Source: Sulfolobus acidocaldarius DSM 639 (GTDB taxonomy: Archaea; Thermoproteota; Thermoprotei_A; Sulfolobales; Sulfolobaceae). From it: 32,000 nt of DNA. Numbering within the stretch: position 1 is the stretch's first letter; each line of letters begins with the position of its first letter. A program made the position numbers and the translations under genes. Where the stretch lies: assembly GCF_000012285.1 (NCBI RefSeq), contig NC_007181.1, positions 1,830,001-1,862,000 on the forward strand. Reading direction: 5' to 3'. Below are positions 1 through 7,860 of the stretch, piece after piece. The notes under the pieces were generated by a model, which saw only the letters and a list, made by a program, of their open reading frames with translations, ran no database searches and was not told where the DNA came from.

Positions 1-102
1 AAACAAACCAGATGAATCCCAAAAGGGATTGAAAGTCCGGGGTCTTTGGATTATAGTCCATGCTGAACTTATCCTTGAATGTATCCCAAAAAGAATTGAA
101 AG
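1..102 (+). CRISPR. Trailer end of a CRISPR array: one intact repeat, one 42-nt spacer and a degenerate terminal repeat
   Basis: A 25-nt repeat GATGAATCCCAAAAGGGATTGAAAG lies at 11-35 and ends in the ATTGAAAG handle typical of Sulfolobales repeats. The spacer is 36-77. A degenerate copy AATGTATCCCAAAAAGAATTGAAAG lies at 78-102 (4 mismatches). Bases 1-10 are the tail of a preceding spacer, so the array continues to the left of the window. Confidence 0.85.
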
Positions 103-317
103 AACACGATCGTGTTCGACGTTCCTAGTAAGTTATGATTAATCCATAAACTGATTGAAGAAATGCTGATTGACATACCTGAGGAATATGACGAGAGCTA
201 GCATAGAGAGTAATGAAGTGTTAACTCATTCCTAACCCTCCTTGATTCTGTATATTTCCAACAAATACGTTTTAATCTTAAACATGATGAGAAGTGTGGG
301 GCTCCGCAATACAAAAG

Positions 318-1517
318 TCACCACATATATGACCTAATGAGAAGTAAGACCAGATTGAAGACATGGACACCTCTAACATTCAACCTCTTCAAGTATTCAC
401 CCCTAGTCTCCCTGTTCTTGTCCAACACGTAGTCGATAACCCTGCTGAACCTCATCCTCAATACCCCCTTATCGTGGACCCAGCACTTGTATAAGACATC
501 GTAAAACTTCTCAGTCTGAGGCAACGGGATTAGAAGGACTTTGTGATCCATGAAGTCCCCGACCCTCTCTTCAGGTACATACACCATGGGGTAAATGAAG
601 TTCTTGTTCAATTCCTTGATCACCCCAGTGTCTATTTCGCCTAGAACACAGGAGTTAGGTCGATTGATCAAGAGGGGAGACCTCCAGTTATTCTCACTGA
701 GCCTCAGGACTTCCCTGATCTTGCTCAGTTGAAAGCGGTATGAGGACTCAGCGCTTATCTGAGAAAATACAACTTTCTTTTCATTACCGTAACTGGAGGC
801 TAACCTCAGGAGACCTAAGATTTCGTCCTCTGTACCATAAGAGAGCAGGTCATCCGATATCAGGTTAAGGTAGTTGTGGTACCTTGACTGGACCTCTAAC
901 TCTGCCTCAACCACCTCTAGGGGTATCTTCCTGTCCTTTCTCTTTACCTCCACTTCTGCATTCGAAGAGGGTCTCCTGATGGCTACGAAATTCTTCGCCC
1001 TCTCCCCATACACTACCTTAGGTAGATTATCGCTACCCTCTCTAAGCAGTTTGGGCAATGTCTCCTCAGCCTCCCCCATTAGTACAGTATCGACCCACTC
1101 TGGAGTGTTGAGTGAAAACTCCCATGAACCAGGACCACCCACTATTACCTTGAAGTCATACCTATCCTTTAGCCTTGAGACTCTCCTTGATAGTTCCTGG
1201 AATGCGTGGAAGACGTAGGGCGGTTCTCCAAATATCTCAGAGAGCTTTGCAGAGACTTCAGTCTGATTTAAGGGGTCATTGACGTAAATCCCCAACACTT
1301 TGTCTGTCCTCAAGTATCTCTCTATCCTGTGAGGTGGGACAACGACACCGTTGACTAAGCTCTCTATTTTTCTCAAGCCATATGGAGGGTATTTACTCCC
1401 GGGGAAGAAGTCAGGTATGAGCCTCAGGGGGAGGGAGGGTAAGGAGTGGTAGGTTGCCTCGTCTGAGGTAAGGATCACACTATACTCTAGTGCGAGGAGG
1501 TATAAATTCTTCATCAC
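318..1517 (-). CDS. B12-binding/radical-SAM-like domain protein lacking the CxxxCxxC cluster motif; function unknown
   Basis: 399-aa ORF with no competing frame. The N-terminal half has the layout I associate with class-B radical SAM enzymes (PPYGLRKIES..., KVIVGGPGSW, VLMGEAEETLPKLL). Where the RGC-x3-C-x2-C segment should be, the sequence reads AIRRPSSNAEVEVKRKD with no Cys. The whole protein has only two Cys. GTG at 1517 or ATG at 1514 are the possible starts. Confidence 0.5.
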   Translation of the reverse strand: MMKNLYLLALEYSVILTSDEATYHSLPSLPLRLIPDFFPGSKYPPYGLRKIESLVNGVVVPPHRIERYLRTDKVLGIYVNDPLNQTEVSAKLSEIFGEPPYVFHAFQELSRRVSRLKDRYDFKVIVGGPGSWEFSLNTPEWVDTVLMGEAEETLPKLLREGSDNLPKVVYGERAKNFVAIRRPSSNAEVEVKRKDRKIPLEVVEAELEVQSRYHNYLNLISDDLLSYGTEDEILGLLRLASSYGNEKKVVFSQISAESSYRFQLSKIREVLRLSENNWRSPLLINRPNSCVLGEIDTGVIKELNKNFIYPMVYVPEERVGDFMDHKVLLIPLPQTEKFYDVLYKCWVHDKGVLRMRFSRVIDYVLDKNRETRGEYLKRLNVRGVHVFNLVLLLIRSYMW

Positions 1518-1597
1518 AGCCCTCTACGGTCTAAGTTGGAAAAAGTCAGGGGATCAGAGGGTTTGGAAAAGCCCACAGCCCTCTATAGTGTAAGTCG

Positions 1598-1612
1598 AAA
1601 AAGCTTATTACT
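1598..1612 (+). promoter_or_regulatory. Putative BRE/TATA element for the polyphosphate operon
   Basis: AAAGCTTATTAC is centred about 28 nt upstream of the ATG at 1633, which matches the spacing for leaderless Sulfolobales transcripts. Confidence 0.3.
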
Positions 1613-1632
1613 TTAGAGAACAATTATACATT

Positions 1633-2109
1633 ATGATAAATTTAATCATAGTTAGGCACGGGGAGGCTGAGCCCCAGGTAGACGGTACCGACGATAAGGA
1701 CAGGAAACTCATAAAGAAGGGTATAAAGCAGATGAAGAGAGTTGCGTCATTACTTGACCAGATGGACTACACAATTGACAGGTATCTGACCAGTACTTTG
1801 ATGAGGGCTTACCAGAGTGCCGAAGTCATATTAGACGAGTTAGGGGAGGACCAGGGCAAGATAGAGACCCTTAATGAGCTCAACCCTGACAGGGACCCAA
1901 TTGAGTTCATAAACAGGCTGAAAGACCTGGACAACATAAGTATCCTAGTTGTGGGACATGAGCCTTTTCTCTCCCACTTGATAAAGAGCCTGTGTGGGGG
2001 TAATGTTGAGATGAAGAAGGGTGCCCTTGCCGTTGTGGAGTACGACTCCAAGGAGGGTAAAGGGCAGTTGAAGTTACTACTTAACCAGAAGGTAATGAAG
2101 TTGATGTGA
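1633..2109 (+). CDS. sixA: SixA-type phosphohistidine phosphatase (histidine phosphatase superfamily)
   Basis: N-terminal IIVRHGEAEP (RHG catalytic motif) and a later VVGHEPFLSHL (second catalytic His). The 158-aa size is typical of SixA. Its stop TGA directly abuts the ATG of the next gene (2107-2112 TGAATG). Confidence 0.8.
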   Translation: MINLIIVRHGEAEPQVDGTDDKDRKLIKKGIKQMKRVASLLDQMDYTIDRYLTSTLMRAYQSAEVILDELGEDQGKIETLNELNPDRDPIEFINRLKDLDNISILVVGHEPFLSHLIKSLCGGNVEMKKGALAVVEYDSKEGKGQLKLLLNQKVMKLM

Positions 2110-3345
2110 ATGCGATATGCGGTAATAGACACGGGTTACAACTCCACAAGGCTGTGTATTTACGACCTTTTCCCAAACCAGACTTTCAGGATTTTAGGCT
2201 CCCAGAAGTCTTTCTTGAGACTTGGAGAGGGGGTGAAGGAGGGCTCCCCCATTTCCCCTGACAGGGTAAACGAAGCTGAGAAGGTCTTCAAGTCATTTAG
2301 GGCAATACTCAACAAGAAGGGTATAAAGGACGTAAAACTAGTGGGGACAAGTGCTTTCAGGTATGCCTCCAACGGCAACCAGGTGGCTGAACTACTGTCA
2401 GAGATTATTGGGGTTAAAATGAGAGTCCTCACAGGGGAAGAAGAGGGGGAGATGTCTGCCGTAGGTGTACTGAACACTCTCCCTGTGGACTCAGGGGCAA
2501 TGTTTGACCTTGGAGGAGGGTCACTTGAAGTGGTCTACTTTGACTCTAGGCAAGTTAAGGAGGTCTACCACTTTGACCTTGGGGCACTGAAGTTAGCTAG
2601 AGAGCTGAAAGACGAGAGTGAGTTGAGAAAGAGGATAAGGAGTGAGCTCTCGGTGTTAAAACCCATAAAGGGAGTGCTTGTCGGTTCAGGGGGGAATATA
2701 AGGGCAATAGCGAAGATGGACGCTAGAGTTTCAGCCTTTCCACTTAAGTCCATCCACGGTTACGTGATAAAGACAAAACAGATAGGCAAGTACTCCAAGG
2801 TGTTAATGAACCTCGACCCTGAGGAGAGGGAGAACTTACCTGGGATAGGTAAGGAGAGGTCATACACAGTGCACACAGCCTCAGTTGTCATTGAGGAGTT
2901 AGGTAACGCGTTGGACAGTCCGACCATCATGATCTCCTCCTTTGGTCTGAGGGAAGGTGTACTAATGGAGAGAGTCTTTGACAACCCCAGGGAGAGGTGG
3001 TTGGAGTCAATAGCCTACTGGTTTAATGTTGACCCGCCGTGGGAGTTATACAACTACTTCAATGACCAGTACATGAAGGTGGCGTCGTACATATCAGGTA
3101 TAATGAGGATGACAGGGTTTCTGGACCCATACGAGATGTGCCACAAATTCACTAAGTACGCTGTGGTGCCCGGGTTTACTGCAAGTGAGATGGTCATGAT
3201 GTCCCTCCTGTGTAAAGCCTCCACTGGGGAGTTGAAGAAAAAGAGTTTAGGCTCACTGAAGAGTGTCACAAACAAGTCTGAAGTCCTGAAGAAGGGGAAG
3301 GAGATAAGGAGGGTAGTAGAGTCGTCAGTGGCTGGTGTGCTATGA
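2110..3345 (+). CDS. ppx: Exopolyphosphatase, Ppx/GppA family
   Basis: [19 protein letters not shown] (ASKHA phosphate-1 motif, compare AxIDxGSNSxRL), DLGGGSLEV (phosphate-2) and GSGGNIRA. The 411-aa length is similar to the characterised Sulfolobus PPX. Confidence 0.9.
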   Translation: MRYAVIDTGYNSTRLCIYDLFPNQTFRILGSQKSFLRLGEGVKEGSPISPDRVNEAEKVFKSFRAILNKKGIKDVKLVGTSAFRYASNGNQVAELLSEIIGVKMRVLTGEEEGEMSAVGVLNTLPVDSGAMFDLGGGSLEVVYFDSRQVKEVYHFDLGALKLARELKDESELRKRIRSELSVLKPIKGVLVGSGGNIRAIAKMDARVSAFPLKSIHGYVIKTKQIGKYSKVLMNLDPEERENLPGIGKERSYTVHTASVVIEELGNALDSPTIMISSFGLREGVLMERVFDNPRERWLESIAYWFNVDPPWELYNYFNDQYMKVASYISGIMRMTGFLDPYEMCHKFTKYAVVPGFTASEMVMMSLLCKASTGELKKKSLGSLKSVTNKSEVLKKGKEIRRVVESSVAGVL

Positions 3346-3983
3346 AGGGTATTCTCATAGCCTTTGAGGGGATAGACGGTTCGGGTAAGTCAAGTCAGGC
3401 TTCCCTCCTCAAGAGCTGGTTGTCAAAGAGGAGGTATACCTTCATAACCGAGTGGAACTCATCTGAGTGGATCCACGACATCATAAAGGAGGCTAAGAAG
3501 AAGAACTTACTGACCCCACTGACATTTAGCCTAATCCACGCGACTGACTTTGCCGACAGGTATGAGAAGTACATACTACCAATGTTAAAGTGTGGGTTTG
3601 TTGTAATAGCTGACAGGTACATATACACTGCCTATGCAAGGGACAGTGTGAGGGGGGTCGACATCGAGTGGGTCAAGAAGCTATACTCCTTTGCTGTCAA
3701 ACCTGACATCACTTTTTACATAAGGGTTCCATCTGAGGTGGCACTGAAGAGGTTGAAGAGCTCAAGGAGACAGATCAAGCCAACAGAGGCTGGGGCTGAT
3801 GTATTCCCTAACCTTACCCCTGAGGAGGGCTTCATAAAGTACCAGTCGTCTATCATAGAAGTCTACGACAGGATAGCTGAGGAGAACAACTTTGTTGTTG
3901 TTGACGGCACAAAGGACCCAAGACAAGTACAGAGTGAGATAAGAGGTAAGGTGATGGAGTTATGGAGAAGGGAAGGATTATAG
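3342..3983 (+). CDS. Thymidylate-kinase-like P-loop kinase, paralogue 1 (candidate catalytic subunit of a crenarchaeal polyphosphate kinase)
   Basis: [15 protein letters not shown]-loop and [13 protein letters not shown] (DRY motif of the dTMP kinase family). It has a 4-nt ATGA overlap with ppx and sits directly beside ppx. Confidence 0.8.
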   Translation: MKGILIAFEGIDGSGKSSQASLLKSWLSKRRYTFITEWNSSEWIHDIIKEAKKKNLLTPLTFSLIHATDFADRYEKYILPMLKCGFVVIADRYIYTAYARDSVRGVDIEWVKKLYSFAVKPDITFYIRVPSEVALKRLKSSRRQIKPTEAGADVFPNLTPEEGFIKYQSSIIEVYDRIAEENNFVVVDGTKDPRQVQSEIRGKVMELWRREGL

Positions 3984-4594
3984 CAATAGAGGGTATAATG
4001 AGTTCAGGTAAGACCACCCACGTTCAGAGCTTGAGGGACTACCTGGAGGACAGGGGATATGTGGTTACAACTATAGGTATACAGTCGTCAAAGCTCATGG
4101 CGGACGCTATTGCCAGTGTGAAGAGGGACATTGTGTTCCAGAGGAGGACACTGTTCTTAGCCTATGTAACTGACCTAGCAGACCAGACGGAGAATTTAGT
4201 GAAGCCCTCACTGGACTCAGGTTTTATTGTCATAGCTGATGGTTATGTCCTGACACTGGAGGCTTGGGCTCTGACCAGGAGACTGGAGAGGGAGTGGGTC
4301 GAGGGGGTACTCTCCATGCTGCCTAAGGCGTCTCTCTCAATTTCCCTGATATCGCCCCCCACAGAGATAATGAGGAGGATCATAAAGAGGAAGGGGTTTC
4401 TTGACCCGCTGAGTGAGAGCGTTGACCTCAACGTGAAGGAAGACACGTTTTTGGCGTATAAGAAATACGTGAAGGAGTTTCAGAGTCACTTGAAGTCGAT
4501 CTCCCCAAATGTCCTAGTTACTAAAAACAACGTGAATGAAGTTAACAGGGAGATAGAGAGGTTAGTGAGGGAGGAGCTGAAAATTGACGCCTGA
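3962..4594 (+). CDS. Thymidylate-kinase-like P-loop protein, paralogue 2 (DRY motif degenerate; candidate non-catalytic or regulatory partner)
   Basis: [16 protein letters not shown]-loop. The position equivalent to DRY reads [13 protein letters not shown], so the Arg is lost. It overlaps paralogue 1 by 22 nt. Confidence 0.75.
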   Translation: MEKGRIIAIEGIMSSGKTTHVQSLRDYLEDRGYVVTTIGIQSSKLMADAIASVKRDIVFQRRTLFLAYVTDLADQTENLVKPSLDSGFIVIADGYVLTLEAWALTRRLEREWVEGVLSMLPKASLSISLISPPTEIMRRIIKRKGFLDPLSESVDLNVKEDTFLAYKKYVKEFQSHLKSISPNVLVTKNNVNEVNREIERLVREELKIDA

Positions 4595-5204
4595 AAGGTA
4601 TGCCAACGCCCACCTCATTAAGTTCCTCCTCATAACAGGTATATCTCAGGAGGATATACACGACGCTAGGGTGGAGCTCAGAAAGTACTTGACCATAGCC
4701 AGGACAACGTATAAGTTACATAACAACCCTGAGTGCGTGTTAAGGGCGAGTAAGTTGATGAAGAGGCTTGGGAAAATAAGGGACATGGACATCTTAGCCT
4801 GTGTCAGGAGTGATAGCAGAGACAAGCTAGCTAGGGAGACTGTGAGTATGTTTCAAGTCATGAGGAAGTACCTGCTCCCAAGACTTTACGGTAGCAGACT
4901 CCTAGTTGCGGAGAGGATCTACAACGACTACAGGAGGTTGAAGGAGGAGGTGGAGTTTCACTCTATTAGGAAGATAGTGAGGGAAGTGAGGTTCCTAGTG
5001 GAGAGCCTTGACCTGAGCTCAGATGTGTTGAAGGACATATCCCAGGAAATGGGAAGTATGAGGGACAGATATCTGTTTGACACCGTATGTTTAGGAAAAG
5101 ATGGTGGGTTTAATGAGGAGAGGGTGAAGGAGCTTAAGGAAAGAGCTTTGGAGGAGATCGTGGAGAAACTGAGACTGACTAACTTTAAGCACTTGAAAGT
5201 ATGA
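4584..5204 (+). CDS. CHAD-domain protein (polyphosphate-granule associated family)
   Basis: Alpha-helical protein with the repeated His/Arg motifs of CHAD: DIHDARVELRKYLTIAR, LGKIRDMDIL, FHSIRKIVREVRFLVESL, MGSMRDRYL. A TTG start overlaps the upstream gene by 11 nt. Confidence 0.7.
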   Translation: MTPERYANAHLIKFLLITGISQEDIHDARVELRKYLTIARTTYKLHNNPECVLRASKLMKRLGKIRDMDILACVRSDSRDKLARETVSMFQVMRKYLLPRLYGSRLLVAERIYNDYRRLKEEVEFHSIRKIVREVRFLVESLDLSSDVLKDISQEMGSMRDRYLFDTVCLGKDGGFNEERVKELKERALEEIVEKLRLTNFKHLKV

Positions 5205-5545
5205 CCAATTGGAGTGTAGTGGCTAAAGAGGTTAGAAGAGAAAAATTAGTCTGAGGTTACAGTCATGTCATCATACTTTTACGTTTTGATATCGCCCGTG
5301 TAAACTAGGATACTTTTTTGTTCACATCGGACGTAGTGTGGAAAAATTTGAAGCAGTTAGACTGATTCTTATACACACCTCTCATGAATTTAATGCACAA
5401 CATATTAAGCATGTACCAATAGGGTCAGTCCTAGAGCCACTCTCCCTTGACATAAACAGGGCTAATCCTAAGTGAACTGGATCATCTGCTGAATGGTAAA
5501 AATTTTAATTAACAGGAACAAATAATATAATTAATAGGTTGTTAG

Positions 5546-5902
5546 ATGCCAAGGGCTCAATTCTTTACGACAAAAGGTAAGAAATTGCATACATTGTACC
5601 TCATAAACTACGTAATGACCCTATTCATCACGGGTTATCTTGTAATAACCTTCAAATCCCTCTTACCTCTCGTGATTGTGGTAGAGCTAGTTCCGTGGAT
5701 ATTTATATTTAGATATAGTGGTGATTACGTGATTGTGAGCGAGAAGGGGTTAAAGTACAATGATGCTAAGATACCTCTCCTAGAGATCGAAGGTGTGAAG
5801 GTGATGAGCGGTAAAGACGGGACAGGAGACATAAAGATAGTGTGGAAAGAGGGCTGTATACTTTTTCATTGTCACAAAAATCTTTTTATAGTCATTTATT
5901 GA
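5546..5902 (+). CDS. Small membrane protein (two predicted TM helices plus a short soluble domain). The C-terminus is probably altered by the adjacent IS insertion.
   Basis: 118-aa ORF with hydrophobic stretches LYLINYVMTLFITGYLVITF and LLPLVIVVELVPWIFIF. The last ~15 codons (CILFHCHKNLFIVIY) run into the promoter region of the IS607 tnpA. I recognised no homology. Confidence 0.4.
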   Translation: MPRAQFFTTKGKKLHTLYLINYVMTLFITGYLVITFKSLLPLVIVVELVPWIFIFRYSGDYVIVSEKGLKYNDAKIPLLEIEGVKVMSGKDGTGDIKIVWKEGCILFHCHKNLFIVIY

Positions 5903-5912
5903 AACATTACTC

Positions 5913-6542
5913 GTGGAAAAACTACTGAGACCTAAGGAAGTCTGCCAAACTCTAGGCATAAGTTATAGGACTTTGTTGAGGTGGATTGATCAAGGTAAGA
6001 TAAAGGCTGTTAAGACTGAGGGTGGTATTTATAGGATACCTTACAGTGAAGTCGAGAGGATTTTAAAGAATAAGATAACTAACGAAGTTAGAGCAGTCAT
6101 TTACGCTAGGGTATCATCATCAGACCAAAAAAGTGATTTAGATAGGCAGATAGAATACCTGACAAACTATTGCTTGGCAAAGGGATATAAGGTAGTCGAT
6201 ACATTAAGTGACATATCAAGTGGTTTAAACACTAAGAGGAAGAACTTGTTAAAACTCTTCCAGCTAGTCAAAGAAGGAAAGGTTGATGTTGTAGTTATAA
6301 CTTACAAGGATAGGCTTACTAGGTTTGGGTTCGAGTACCTAGAGTACTTCTTCCAACAGTTTGGTGTTAGGGTAGAAGTCGTACTGGGTGAAGAGCCAAA
6401 GGATGCGTACCAAGAGCTTGTAGAGGACTTGTTATCAATAGTTACAAGCTTTGCTGGTAAACTTTACGGTATAAGGAGTCATAAGAAGACGTTGCTGAGA
6501 GAAGGTGTAAAAAAGTTGATAGGTGAGTTAAGTGAAAAGTGA
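5913..6542 (+). CDS. tnpA: IS607-family transposase TnpA (MerR-like HTH + serine recombinase/resolvase domain)
   Basis: N-terminal HTH LLRPKEVCQTLGISYRTLLRWIDQGKI followed by AVIYARVSSSDQKSDLDRQ (catalytic Ser motif of serine recombinases). Confidence 0.9.
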   Translation: MEKLLRPKEVCQTLGISYRTLLRWIDQGKIKAVKTEGGIYRIPYSEVERILKNKITNEVRAVIYARVSSSDQKSDLDRQIEYLTNYCLAKGYKVVDTLSDISSGLNTKRKNLLKLFQLVKEGKVDVVVITYKDRLTRFGFEYLEYFFQQFGVRVEVVLGEEPKDAYQELVEDLLSIVTSFAGKLYGIRSHKKTLLREGVKKLIGELSEK

Positions 6543-7788
6543 TGATCACCTAGTTAGGACTGTAATGTTAAGCCTTAAAGTCAACTCAGAAGTTTATACA
6601 AGGCTCAAGGAGGTTGAGGAGGAGTATAAGCAAATACTTGAGGACGCCATAGATTACGGTTTAAGGAATAACATAAAGTCGTTTACAAGGCTTAAGGCCG
6701 GTATCTATAGGCAAGAAAGGGCTAGACACCCCTCTCTACCATCTCATTACATCTACACAGCTTGTGAAGACGCTAGTGCTAGGTTAAAGAGCTTTATGAG
6801 GAGGAAAAAGGAAGGAAAAACGTACACTGACAAGCCTGAACTTAGAAATGTTACTGTCCACCTAGACGACCACTTGTGGAGGTTTTCCCTAGGCGAAGTT
6901 AGGATTGCTACAAGAAAGGGTTGGGTGTCATTAAAGCCATTCTTCACTAAACTGTTCTGGAAGTACTACAATAAAGGTTGGGCTCTAGCTAGCGAGTCCT
7001 CTTTCAAACTGTGTAAAGGAAACGTGGTTAAGCTTTACCCAGTCTTTAAGAAACCATTACCAAAGCCTTACGACGTCAAGGGCTTCATACCAGTTGACTT
7101 AAACGAGGACAATGTTTCCTTACTGCTAGACGGCAAACCTTTACTGGTAGAGACTAGTGTTAAGAAGATTACTTTAGGTTATGCTTACAAGAGGAAGAGG
7201 ATTAGTGAGGGTAGGTCTACGAAGGATAGGGATGTTAAGAGGGCTTTGAAGAGCTTGAAAGAGAGGTTTAAGAAATTGGACATTCGTAGAAAGTTGGCTA
7301 AGCTGATTGTCACTGAGGCTTTGAGAGAGGGTAAGGGTATAGTGCTAGAAGACTTACCTAAAAATACTCCAGAGAAGATGGTTCAAGACATTAAGGACAA
7401 ACAGCTGAGGGACAGGATTTACAAGTCTGCTTTTGCATCTCTGAAAAATGCTATCGTAGAGAAGGCTAAGGAGTTTGGTGTACCTGTTTTACTAGTTAAC
7501 CCTGCTTATACTTCCTCTGTTTGTCCAATACATGAGTGTAAAATCATTTACCCACCCGATGGGAGCTCTGCTCCAAGGGTGGGCATGTGTGAGAAGGGTA
7601 GAGAGGAGTGGCATAGGGATGTAGTAGCGTTATACAACCTCTTAAAGAAGGCTGGTTATGTGAGCCCAATGCCGTTGGGCTCGAAGGAGTCCCATGACCC
7701 ACTCACCGTAAGATTAGGTGAGTGGTTGAGGGCTAAGTCCCTACACTTGACCTTGAATGTCAATAGAATGATGGGAATGACAGTGTAG
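6532..7788 (+). CDS. tnpB: TnpB/OrfB RNA-guided endonuclease (IS200/IS605-IS607 accessory protein)
   Basis: RuvC-like motifs are present: FIPVDLNEDN (D), GIVLEDLPKN (E) and EEWHRDVVALYNL (D). A Zn-finger-like CPIHEC...MCEKG...H lies between them. It has an 11-nt overlap with tnpA. Confidence 0.9.
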   Translation: MKSDDHLVRTVMLSLKVNSEVYTRLKEVEEEYKQILEDAIDYGLRNNIKSFTRLKAGIYRQERARHPSLPSHYIYTACEDASARLKSFMRRKKEGKTYTDKPELRNVTVHLDDHLWRFSLGEVRIATRKGWVSLKPFFTKLFWKYYNKGWALASESSFKLCKGNVVKLYPVFKKPLPKPYDVKGFIPVDLNEDNVSLLLDGKPLLVETSVKKITLGYAYKRKRISEGRSTKDRDVKRALKSLKERFKKLDIRRKLAKLIVTEALREGKGIVLEDLPKNTPEKMVQDIKDKQLRDRIYKSAFASLKNAIVEKAKEFGVPVLLVNPAYTSSVCPIHECKIIYPPDGSSAPRVGMCEKGREEWHRDVVALYNLLKKAGYVSPMPLGSKESHDPLTVRLGEWLRAKSLHLTLNVNRMMGMTV

Positions 7789-7860
7789 GGACAAACGGGA
7801 ATTGCTCATAAGGGACGTCATAGGGGTAAGAGATTTAGCCCAGACAATTGACAGGTTTAA
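7690..7860 (+). ncRNA. Predicted TnpB omega-RNA (reRNA) scaffold overlapping the tnpB 3' end; extent approximate
   Basis: A perfect 9-bp hairpin: CCACTCACC at 7699-7707 pairs with GGTGAGTGG at 7717-7725. An 11-bp long-range helix: GTCCCTACACT at 7737-7747 pairs with AGTGTAGGGAC at 7782-7792 and encloses the stop codon. An outer 7-bp helix: GGGCTAA at 7730-7736 pairs with TTAGCCC at 7835-7841. Nested helices at this position match the known omega-RNA placement. Confidence 0.35.

Larger units (their letters stand above)
5880..7860 (+). mobile_element. IS607-family insertion sequence (serine-recombinase tnpA + tnpB). The ends are approximate.
   Basis: Overlapping tnpA/tnpB pair of the ISC19xx type. 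A TATA-like CTTTTTATA lies about 25 nt upstream of the tnpA GTG. Strong RNA-like helices span the tnpB 3' end. IS607 elements lack terminal inverted repeats and target-site duplications, so the exact boundaries cannot be read off. Confidence 0.75.

Noticed and set aside
284-358. C/D-box sRNA-like arrangement: ATGATGA at 284-290, AATGAGA at 336-342 and TTGA at 355-358.
   Set aside because: There is no proper CUGA D or D' box, the spacing between the boxes is too long, and the 3' half overlaps the end of the 318-1517 CDS.
874-1218. 114-aa plus-strand ORF inside the radical-SAM-like gene. Similar antisense ORFs occur at 1809-2132, 2160-2477, 2565-3275, 3395-3628, 4243-4446, 6753-6947, 8936-9364 and 10280-10492.
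   Set aside because: All lie fully antisense to longer ORFs with recognisable domains. Their translations are low-complexity (Ser/Leu/Pro-rich) with no motifs, which is typical of shadow ORFs.
5334-5346. TAGTGTGGAAAAA, which resembles the core of an ORB/mini-ORB origin recognition box. Also considered: whether the very A/T-rich 11510-11967 spacer could be a replication origin.
   Set aside because: There is only a partial match to the CCAGTGGAAA-type core, no inverted second ORB, no G-string element and no adjacent orc1/cdc6 gene. The 11.5-12.0 kb spacer contains no ORB-like sequence at all.
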